From: Flectonema sp. DT1601
Lineage: Eukaryota
Direction: 5' to 3'
Assembly: GCA_964019425.1 (NCBI GenBank)
Contig: OZ025799.1
Coordinates: 558,001 to 622,000, forward strand
DNA: 64,000 nt
Part shown: positions 55,893-64,000 of the stretch, piece after piece
How positions within the stretch are numbered: the first letter of the stretch is position 1
How the letters are laid out: each line of letters starts with the position of its first letter
Translations under genes and position numbers: made by a program
Notes under the pieces: generated by a model
Database searches by the model: none
Told to the model about the DNA's origin: nothing
Seen by the model: only the letters and a program-made list of their open reading frames with translations

Positions 55893-58800
55893 ATGGAAGA
55901 GCCGATGGTGTTTTCGTCAACTGGTGGAATGAAAAGCAGGAAAAAAAAGGTAGCTAAAAGTGCAACTCCATCTCCAAAGACGCCGACGGTTGTTCCGCTG
56001 CCTAAATTAGGCGCACAGAAAGCACCGTCGGTGAAGTTGTCTGCGTTGTTGGAGGACCAGCAAGAGCGACTCAATGAACTGAACAGAAATTGTGTGGGTG
56101 AGTTAGAAGAAGTTTCATTTGGGAAGAAGGGGTTTGGCCTCCCTTCGGCATTTATGTTCGTGAGGAAGGCAATGAAGGTTGCAGAACCACCAACACCTCC
56201 ACAGTCACAACCGCCAGTTGCGAAGGAACCTCGCCGACCCAGCATTGTTGATAACTACAAACGTCGACAAAAAGAAATCAGAAAGACATCTGTTGGCAGT
56301 CAGAAGTCTAGACGCTCTTCAGGCAACTCTACTAAGAAAGCTGCAAAATCAGGACAGTGTACCACAAGGAAAAGTGTAACACCGCCAGTTACCCCTAGAA
56401 CGAGAGAACGACAGCGACGCAAAAGCAAAGCAACTCCTCCACCGAGTCCCAGAATTCGCAAAGATTCATCCGAGAAACAAAATGTGTTGCAAGCAAGTCA
56501 ACCGAAAGGAAAGAGTAAAAAAATTGTTGCTTTCGGAAGATGCGAAAAGGGTGAAAGTTCTAAAGACAAATATGCTGCAAAACGACAACAGAAACAAGTT
56601 GTAGCGCACGCGGCAATTGGTGGATCACTAATAGTCATCTGCTGCATGGCAATCAAAAACTTCAGACCTGAGAAGTTAATCAGAGTTATGGTAACCAACA
56701 AAGTCATCAACACCGAGGATCTGCTTCATCAAATTGGGAAATGTCTCAATATTGAAAGTCAGAAATTAGCATTTAAAGAAATAACATTGTTGGGGAAGAA
56801 CGACGGTGTTGTTACCAGTGAAATGAAAATGGCTATTGAAAAGGCTCTTGAAGCAGCGGAGATGACGGGTTTTAACACGAGAACGATAATGGAAAATTTT
56901 GTATCTGGAATATCATTTCATGGAACCCGACAAAAGCTGATGGAGTTTTTTAAAAAAGTTGACTCGGTGTGGCATGACAAACCTGGAGATATTCTAACGG
57001 AGTTGTACACAAACATTAAGACTCCAAATGATGACAATCCTATTTTAAAATATAAAATATTTCAAATAATCCTTGACAAGCTTAGAAAGAAATATTCTGA
57101 AAAATGCAACCACGACTTTTTGTTGTTGGTGTTGTTTATTTATTCTCTTGACGGACCAGATCTTGATCGCGTTTTTCTCTTTGAGGACGCTCCAGCACTT
57201 GGGTACTACGCAACAACAAAAGCGAAACCAGGTGTGTGGAAAACATACTGCAACAAGTACACCTCATCCGGGGTTAGAAATTGTAATGTGTTTTCTGTTA
57301 TAGGAAAAGCAACAAGAGAAACAGCTGAGAAAGGTGACGGTGCATCAGTTCAGTCGAAGGATGACTTATTTAGATGGATAAAAACAATATCACTCTTAAT
57401 CCACTGTCAGTTAACCGACACTCCCAAAGGAGAAGGTGAGATTATCTACAGAGGAATGCATGGTGATAGTTCCTTGGTAGACATATTCTCATCTTATCGT
57501 GAAGGTGAATGGTTGGGATGGCCATGTGCATCATCATGTACCACGGATGTTTCTTGTGCGGAATCATTTTCTTCAAAAGTTGAATTCGGTAGTTCGGTTT
57601 TGTTTGAAATAAGAAACCACGGCAGCTATGTCGATATGACGAAACACTCTCGATACCCTGATGAAGAAGAACACTTACTGTTACCATTCTCTATGCTTAA
57701 AATTGATAGTATAAAAACTGATACTGCTGTGGATGGAACTAAAACTACGATGCACTTTAAAGCTTCATCTTATGGATTATTTGGTGAATCATCTCCCTGG
57801 TTAGGAACGCCTTTAACAGATGAAGAAAGATGTGAAATGAGAACAGACTGCATATCAGATGAAGAAGAAGCCCTGTACAGGTTAGGAAATATTTTAAAAT
57901 CATCATCAGGAGAGAATTCAGCTTTGTGTACCGTACTAGTTCCAGACGGGGTAACTTCAATAAACATGAGTCCCGTAAATGGGATGATCCCAATCTCACC
58001 AAATATAGAAACAGTTAATATAATAAACTCTAACAAGTCGATTACTCCTGCGGTTAAAATATTATTAGAAAAGAGTGCATCAAAAGAATGGCCTTCTTGG
58101 TTGTCTGATAATCCGCAGCCTCATCCGAGTTTGGATTTATCATCTGATTGTAGGTCAGTTTCTCGAAACAGATCGTTTGAAAGAGTTCAAAGCCGAGCAA
58201 ACATCTTTGGATCATTATCAATACCATATTCATCACCAAAAATAGTTTGGCACATCGCTGTGAAGGGAACTCCTCATGGAATGGAAATAGGTATTTGCAC
58301 TTCAAAAAAAAGTGAAAACGAATGTTGGTACTTCGATCTTAGTCAAATATTTTCAGGAAGACTCTGCCTTGATAAAGATTTCATAACTCTCACTTATGAA
58401 ACTGGCGTAATAAAGTCATCGATAAACGGAAGTCAAAGAGAAGAACCCATCAGAGTTAACATTATCAAAGACAAAGACATTCAGTTATGTCCATATGCCT
58501 CCCTGCGACGGATAGGATGCTCAGTCAAACTAATTACGGAAAGTCAAATGTATGATATGCAAAAAATACAACTCGTTGAGAAAGAAATGAAACAAAGAGA
58601 TGCGATTGTGTCGTCACAAGTCAAAGAATTATATCAACTGGCTGGGAGCATCATCGAAGAATCTGAGACAATAAACCGAATGAAAATACTAACCTTGTAT
58701 GGAAAGGCCATGGCAATCTCAAAATCTGAAATTGAAATTTCAGTTTCAAAAGAGTTCATCACTCAGCGAATAGAAGTAACGACGTCTGAAATACAATTCA

Positions 58801-59537
58801 GAGAAATCATCTCACGTGAAGTGTTAGTTAACAATCAACAAATGTCAAGAGAAATGCTAACACAAATCCGAATAAGCGAATTTAAAATAGTAGCTAATTG
58901 CCTACAACACCATTGGCTATCACACACTGAAGAAACAAGTGAAAAGGAGCTTGGATTCCTGAGAGATGGAGGACTTGACCTGAAATCAGTTTCAATACCC
59001 CAATCGTATACGATATGTTTTTGGAGTTGTTATACAGATTTAGATGATATACAGTTCCTTTTAGAACTGAGGACAGAATCTGAGTGTTCTTTAACAATCC
59101 GTTCTTGCTCTAATGGCTACGGTCATACAACACCAACAGGGTGTTGTTTCACGTTGACTTCGTATAAGAAAGATGGTAAAAAAAAAACACCTGCGATGTC
59201 GGCAGTCGCTCCATTCTTTTTTCAAAATGACGAATGGGTTCACGTTGCTGTAATCGTATCTCAAGCTTCGATAGTTTTTATAAAAAATGGAATAATTGCA
59301 ACAACGACTAAAAACACTGAAGTGATGACTAAAAGAAACTATTCAGATTGCATAGCTGCGGGTACCTGTGAAAATTTTAACGACATCCGAATTTACGGCC
59401 GCCCCCTCTCTGTAGAAGATGTTTCCTTCATTGCTGAAAAGACAGATCCTCGTATTGAGGGACAGAAATCTAATTTCTTGGTGCCTTCAGCGGAAGAAAT
59501 GCTTAAAAAATTATCACCGCCTGTCCTCTCGCAGTAG
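55893..59537 (+). CDS. Toxin-type (R-S-E clade) mono-ADP-ribosyltransferase with SPRY-like and C-terminal LamG/ConA-like domains
   Basis: IIYRGM, WPCASSCT, SRYPDEEEHLLLPFS; C-terminal WVHVAVIV...FIKNG...FNDIRIYGRPLSVEDV (LamG-like); basic disordered N-terminus. Confidence 0.85.
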   Translation: MEEPMVFSSTGGMKSRKKKVAKSATPSPKTPTVVPLPKLGAQKAPSVKLSALLEDQQERLNELNRNCVGELEEVSFGKKGFGLPSAFMFVRKAMKVAEPPTPPQSQPPVAKEPRRPSIVDNYKRRQKEIRKTSVGSQKSRRSSGNSTKKAAKSGQCTTRKSVTPPVTPRTRERQRRKSKATPPPSPRIRKDSSEKQNVLQASQPKGKSKKIVAFGRCEKGESSKDKYAAKRQQKQVVAHAAIGGSLIVICCMAIKNFRPEKLIRVMVTNKVINTEDLLHQIGKCLNIESQKLAFKEITLLGKNDGVVTSEMKMAIEKALEAAEMTGFNTRTIMENFVSGISFHGTRQKLMEFFKKVDSVWHDKPGDILTELYTNIKTPNDDNPILKYKIFQIILDKLRKKYSEKCNHDFLLLVLFIYSLDGPDLDRVFLFEDAPALGYYATTKAKPGVWKTYCNKYTSSGVRNCNVFSVIGKATRETAEKGDGASVQSKDDLFRWIKTISLLIHCQLTDTPKGEGEIIYRGMHGDSSLVDIFSSYREGEWLGWPCASSCTTDVSCAESFSSKVEFGSSVLFEIRNHGSYVDMTKHSRYPDEEEHLLLPFSMLKIDSIKTDTAVDGTKTTMHFKASSYGLFGESSPWLGTPLTDEERCEMRTDCISDEEEALYRLGNILKSSSGENSALCTVLVPDGVTSINMSPVNGMIPISPNIETVNIINSNKSITPAVKILLEKSASKEWPSWLSDNPQPHPSLDLSSDCRSVSRNRSFERVQSRANIFGSLSIPYSSPKIVWHIAVKGTPHGMEIGICTSKKSENECWYFDLSQIFSGRLCLDKDFITLTYETGVIKSSINGSQREEPIRVNIIKDKDIQLCPYASLRRIGCSVKLITESQMYDMQKIQLVEKEMKQRDAIVSSQVKELYQLAGSIIEESETINRMKILTLYGKAMAISKSEIEISVSKEFITQRIEVTTSEIQFREIISREVLVNNQQMSREMLTQIRISEFKIVANCLQHHWLSHTEETSEKELGFLRDGGLDLKSVSIPQSYTICFWSCYTDLDDIQFLLELRTESECSLTIRSCSNGYGHTTPTGCCFTLTSYKKDGKKKTPAMSAVAPFFFQNDEWVHVAVIVSQASIVFIKNGIIATTTKNTEVMTKRNYSDCIAAGTCENFNDIRIYGRPLSVEDVSFIAEKTDPRIEGQKSNFLVPSAEEMLKKLSPPVLSQ

Positions 59538-59896
59538 TTCAGAATGGCGTTCCAAAGGTGGTGATGCAGTCTATCAGAAAATATGCTAACCGATTTTTTT
59601 TTTTTTCTTATATTTACACTTCCGAGATGGGCTGCGTGCCTTTCCGTTTCCTCCCTTAAAAATAACATTTTCCTGTTCATAAGTATGTGCTTGCTTTCTA
59701 GTTGGCGAATACTTTACTCATAAATCGTGTATTCATTCAGATGATCAAAATATTAAAGTCAATTATTATTATTATTATTTTTATTTTCAGTGAAGGGAAG
59801 GTTTTCAATAACTAATTATAGTCTGTTGTTAAGTAAGAAGAGTGTAGAATTGGAATTTGATCGTTCTTCAACCCAAATCTAGATCTTACAATTACA

Positions 59897-61156
59897 ATGT
59901 CGTTTGAGGACCTTCGTAACACCCCTTTATGTTACAGCACTTTAAGAGAGGGTGAAGGGTTTTTGAGATGCTCTCGTTGCAAGTGTGCTTTCTATGAATC
60001 ACCTGAACAACAAAAGGCTCACTGGAAAGTCCATAAAACAGTTTGCAAAGAACCAGAAACAAATCGCATCGAAACTCTCAGTGGACAAGACTGCATGAAA
60101 GAACTAACAAAAAGTTTGTTTCCTCCTAATGCAAATACTGCAGTTCTGATGAACAGGCTGCTTCAGTTAATGAGAACGGAAGAAAAAACTGCTCAATACG
60201 GAATCGAACTATACCAGCTCCTAAGTGGAATTGGAAGTTCGAATAAAAGCGAACAAGATACACACGAGATTTATTACAAGACGCTGTGGGCTGTGCCTGG
60301 AATGCCACAATTCTTGATGAAGAGTGACCTAAGAGGAAATCAGATTACCGCTCTAATGAAAAAATATCCAAACGGTCCACCAACAGATGAAGAGCTACCC
60401 CAAATAAAAGATGAAGCAGCAGAATGTCGATCCATCTTTATCGTTGATATCCTCGTAAGAAGTGTTTTATGGGGACAGGCACCAGCTTCAATGCGAGACA
60501 CTGCTTTTAGTAAAGCAGCACTGCGTAGGTTAGCTGGCATTGTTGGGGACCTCACAACGAGAGACGGACTTCAGAATTTAGCAGCAACAGTGGTGTTGAC
60601 ATTTCACAGGGTTTGTGAAATAAAAAAAGATCTTCCTGTTGAGTGTTTAAACAATAATTTAATACCTGCCTTGGTAGAGTTGTCATCTCACTTCACAGAA
60701 GCAGAGACTACAATTAGTCTTTTGTCAAAAGGAAGTTCCTCCTCTTTGATGAATGAAACTGCAATAGCTAACTCTATAAAATTTCTTGCTGTTCCTCCAA
60801 TTTCTGGACCAACTGAAGAGCCAGATAGAGTTGTAAAGACTTGTAGAACGTTATTGACAACGATACTTCAATCAAAACAGTTTGAATATTCTCCAGGAAA
60901 TTCAACAGAAGTCAATTGGGGTGAGACCCCTTTATCAAATGCTGAAGGTAGAATGACCCTCACATATATTTCAAGAGAATTAAAAGGAAAAACTTCAGCA
61001 ACCGAAATCGAAGCTGTTTTATTAAAATGGACGGAGCTACAAGATCGTATTTGGGAATTAGAAACTCTAGCGGAGGAGGTTATGTCAAAGTCGGAATTTT
61101 TATGTTGGAAGGAAGGTGCAGATGAATTTAAAAAGTACTGTCAGCAGAGGAAATAA
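59897..61156 (+). CDS. MYND-type zinc finger protein (degenerate) with helical C-terminal region
   Basis: LRCSRCKCAFYESPEQQKAHWKVHKTVC. Confidence 0.8.
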   Translation: MSFEDLRNTPLCYSTLREGEGFLRCSRCKCAFYESPEQQKAHWKVHKTVCKEPETNRIETLSGQDCMKELTKSLFPPNANTAVLMNRLLQLMRTEEKTAQYGIELYQLLSGIGSSNKSEQDTHEIYYKTLWAVPGMPQFLMKSDLRGNQITALMKKYPNGPPTDEELPQIKDEAAECRSIFIVDILVRSVLWGQAPASMRDTAFSKAALRRLAGIVGDLTTRDGLQNLAATVVLTFHRVCEIKKDLPVECLNNNLIPALVELSSHFTEAETTISLLSKGSSSSLMNETAIANSIKFLAVPPISGPTEEPDRVVKTCRTLLTTILQSKQFEYSPGNSTEVNWGETPLSNAEGRMTLTYISRELKGKTSATEIEAVLLKWTELQDRIWELETLAEEVMSKSEFLCWKEGADEFKKYCQQRK

Positions 61157-61308
61157 GATTCTCCTACTGGAATTTTCTTTTTTTTTGTAACGTTCGGTTC
61201 ATTTGTGGGGAACATTCATGTTGAGTGAAAATAAAATAAAAAACAGAACAAAACAAAAAATACGAGCTAATTTCCTACAAAGAAAGGGAACAAAAAAAAA
61301 AAAAAAAA

Positions 61309-62793
61309 ATGGAATTTCGAGTCGTGTGTTCCGTCGATGGTGGAGGTACTTTGGTAGTGGAGGACGGATCTCGTATTAAATTTAATCCAGACAGTGATAG
61401 TGATTCGTGGATATCAAGAATTACTTTAATAAAGAATTTAAAAGTCTCTCGATCGACTTCCAAACTTCGAATGACAATAAATCACTTGGACACTGAAAGT
61501 GATATCCTACTTTCCTTTATAAGTACAGAAGAAAGAGATACCTTTAGTGAAGCGTTAAGGAAGTCGAAGAGTAAAAAAATGGTTGAAGAGTCTGACCTAC
61601 CCGACAACATCAAACTATCATCACACGCAGCAACCAGAGCACATATTTTATCATCGGATTCCTCTCTCGGAATTCTTCATAAAGACGTTGTCATTGATAG
61701 GTCTTGGATAACTGATGATGACTTCTGGTCTGATCCAGCAAGAAAATCTTCTCTCTGCCCTCCACAAAAAGCCGGTCCTCGCTCAGCTCATTTCACCAGG
61801 GAGTTGATTGCAGAAAAAGATGCAAATTCTGAGACATACAAACTAAACAAACAATTAATTCTCGATATCTTCACTGAGTACCCTGCAGTCGAACATATGT
61901 ACCGTTGTAAAGTTCTAAACGAGGGAATGAAAGAATCAGATTTTTGGGTTCATTTCTTAACATCTTCGTATTTCAGTTCAAGGGAAGTGAGAGGTGCCAG
62001 ACGAGCTGAGAACAGAAATATATTTGAATCAATCGCTGGTCAACAAGAACTAAACAACGAACAAAAAGACACTCAAACTCAACCTCTAACAGACACCTTA
62101 GAAAAACCAACAAACAAAGAAATAGGATACGGTACACGTAAGCCATCTGAGTGGCTCGGGATGATGTCCAACGTAACGGAGGATAAGTCAAGTAATCAGG
62201 ATATAGGAAATCGTTTTAATAGGCATTCGTCAAAGATTCTAAACTCACTGATGCCAAACACCAATTCAATCAAAACCAATAATAAGACTATTAATAATTT
62301 AACCCAAGATAAGGTTCTCGACACACAACAGATTGTAAAGACGAAATTACCTGCTCCTGAAATTTCAAAAAGAATGAAACTATCACGTCACGTACTCGAG
62401 TCAGTTTCTCAAAGAGGGATTTCAATTACTTATAAAATAAATGACAAGTCTGCAACAACACAAAAACCATCGAATGCGACACCAATCGACGACAAGCTAA
62501 CTAAGTGGTTGCTGTCTGAAGAAGCTCATTCGGCTCAAAAAAGATTACTTTTAACTGAAGATCGAACATGTTCGCGAACAAGAGAATTACTAAAACATTT
62601 TTGGAGAAATGTATCCGACAATCAGATCGATGAAGTCAGCCGTATTCACACCATCTTATTAAAAATATTAACAGAGTTTGATAATGCCATACCTACTGTC
62701 AAGGACACCCTACTTCTTCAACACTACAACCTACTCAGAAAGATGATATCTCGAGCCCTTGCCGTTCAAGGGCAGTCAGGATGGAACCAATAG
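61309..62793 (+). CDS. TFB1: TFIIH subunit p62/TFB1 (PH-like domain plus two BSD domains)
   Basis: ILSSDSSLGILHKDVV...ITDDDFW; ILDIFTEYPAVEHMY...MKESDFWVHFLTSSYF; RFNRHSSKIL; ELLKHFW. Confidence 0.88.
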   Translation: MEFRVVCSVDGGGTLVVEDGSRIKFNPDSDSDSWISRITLIKNLKVSRSTSKLRMTINHLDTESDILLSFISTEERDTFSEALRKSKSKKMVEESDLPDNIKLSSHAATRAHILSSDSSLGILHKDVVIDRSWITDDDFWSDPARKSSLCPPQKAGPRSAHFTRELIAEKDANSETYKLNKQLILDIFTEYPAVEHMYRCKVLNEGMKESDFWVHFLTSSYFSSREVRGARRAENRNIFESIAGQQELNNEQKDTQTQPLTDTLEKPTNKEIGYGTRKPSEWLGMMSNVTEDKSSNQDIGNRFNRHSSKILNSLMPNTNSIKTNNKTINNLTQDKVLDTQQIVKTKLPAPEISKRMKLSRHVLESVSQRGISITYKINDKSATTQKPSNATPIDDKLTKWLLSEEAHSAQKRLLLTEDRTCSRTRELLKHFWRNVSDNQIDEVSRIHTILLKILTEFDNAIPTVKDTLLLQHYNLLRKMISRALAVQGQSGWNQ

Positions 62794-63101
62794 CTGTGAA
62801 TGGATACTTAATTTATACCGCATCTAACTTTTACTCTGCTGTGAGTTTTGTTGGAAATGGAAACCACTAATCGTTAATTACCTGATGCAGGTGGTGTTGT
62901 TCTCACATAACACGGATGATCCATTCGTGTTTTCAACTGTTGTAAAAAAAAAATATAATCTTTTTTTTTTTTGATTAATTTTAATTCACCCTTTCGCAGA
63001 GAAGTTCTTCATGAAGATAGATGATGCTAAGATCCCAATAAACTTTTTTTCTTTCTTTTATTTAATTATTACTTCCTCTTAGCCTTCCCAGGGAACGGAC
63101 G

Positions 63102-63824
63102 ATGGCTGCAAAAGAGATAGTGTCAAAGGTAGGACGATGGTCGTATAAAAGTGTTAGCGAATCGGTTGGGGATTTCGTAGCGAGATTACCGCCGTCAAGA
63201 ACAACAGTGGATACGACACCATGGATATGTGCTCATCACATGCATGAGGCTTGGGAACCTGATCCGCTTCCAGAGAAGTTGGTGTCTGAATTCGAAAGAA
63301 AAGTAACACCTGAAGTGCTTCGCAAAGATGAGGAACGATTAATCCAACAAATTGACATGGAAAGTATACTTCCTTTATTTATAAAACATAAATATTATTT
63401 AGGAAAATGGTGTTTTACTATTGAGCGTGACGACGTTGACGATGTTTGGGAACGAACTTGCAGCCTTCTATTCAACAAGGGACTTGGATGTGGTGTAGCA
63501 AAAGTCTCTCCAGCACATCCTGAATCAGACACTCACATGCTTTGCGTCTATTCACTTGACTTAACTAACACATGGGACGTTCAACGGGTAGGAGAACAGA
63601 TAAGAAGGGAACTCGACATTCAGGATACAGTCTTGAAGTACAAACCAGAAGCAGCAACTCAACTAGATTTGTATTGTGAAAACGACAAATGGGGTCCAAG
63701 ACCTACAACTGTTTACACAAACATAAAATTCAGACAAAATCTCGCGATTAAAAGAAGATTTTGGGACGAACGAAGAACATGTATCTTCGCTATGCAAGAA
63801 GCTTCAGTATTTCGTATGATGTAA
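63102..63824 (+). CDS. UPF0696/C11orf68 (Bles03, DUF1917) eIF4E-like fold protein
   Basis: FVARLPPS, GKW.......VDDVW, LG..VAKVS, HMLCVYS.D...DVQRV, LKYKPEAATQLDLY. Confidence 0.85.
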   Translation: MAAKEIVSKVGRWSYKSVSESVGDFVARLPPSRTTVDTTPWICAHHMHEAWEPDPLPEKLVSEFERKVTPEVLRKDEERLIQQIDMESILPLFIKHKYYLGKWCFTIERDDVDDVWERTCSLLFNKGLGCGVAKVSPAHPESDTHMLCVYSLDLTNTWDVQRVGEQIRRELDIQDTVLKYKPEAATQLDLYCENDKWGPRPTTVYTNIKFRQNLAIKRRFWDERRTCIFAMQEASVFRMM

Positions 63825-64000
63825 TTCAAACAAGTAACTTAATGTTGTTTGGTATCCACATCATCAGCTCAGTCTGATCTATTACTGTATTAGGGTTTTG
63901 TGTTGAACAACTCCTATAATGTAGGCTCGTTTATTATAATAAGAATATTACTCAAAAGCTGGACCTGGGTAAAAAAAAAAAAAAGTCAGTCTTCTCGTAA

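Noticed and set aside
1170..62191. All minus-strand ORFs and the short poly-Lys/poly-Phe ORFs in the ORF track
   Set aside because: They are antisense shadows of real genes or translations of dA/dT homopolymers, with no recognisable motifs.
1..64000. Alternative genetic code or stop-codon reassignment
   Set aside because: Conserved genes end normally at TAA, TAG and TGA, and apparent premature stops are explained by GT-AG introns.

Overview
AT-rich eukaryotic (protist) nuclear DNA. About 27 protein-coding genes are all on the + strand, separated by UTR-like spacers full of dA/dT homopolymers. Pyrimidine-tract AG sites lie just upstream of most start codons, and there are at least 9 short GT-AG introns. 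This organisation suggests a euglenozoan directional gene cluster with spliced-leader trans-splicing plus cis-introns, and a diplonemid is my best guess (inference). Recognisable housekeeping genes: argininosuccinate synthase (bacterial type 2-like), mitochondrial 2Fe-2S ferredoxin, a Kv channel, casein kinase 1, NOC4, CFAP73/CCDC42, SPF45, TFIIH p62/TFB1, a COMT-like methyltransferase and a UPF0696 protein. Most unusual observations: (1) a receptor with Frizzled CRD, Cache-like domain, HAMP, multiple TMs and a catalytically dead class III cyclase; (2) two paralogous toxin-type R-S-E ADP-ribosyltransferases with swapped accessory domains; (3) a membrane-anchored histone stem-loop-binding (SLBP) domain protein; (4) cis-intron acceptors with A-rich tracts versus pyrimidine-rich putative trans-splice acceptors; (5) a dispersed, highly structured non-coding repeat whose locus carries a hammerhead-like core; (6) four orphan rRNA fragments, two of them antisense to the 28S 5' end and directly behind the CK1 stop. 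All family assignments come from motif recognition by eye; no database search was run.
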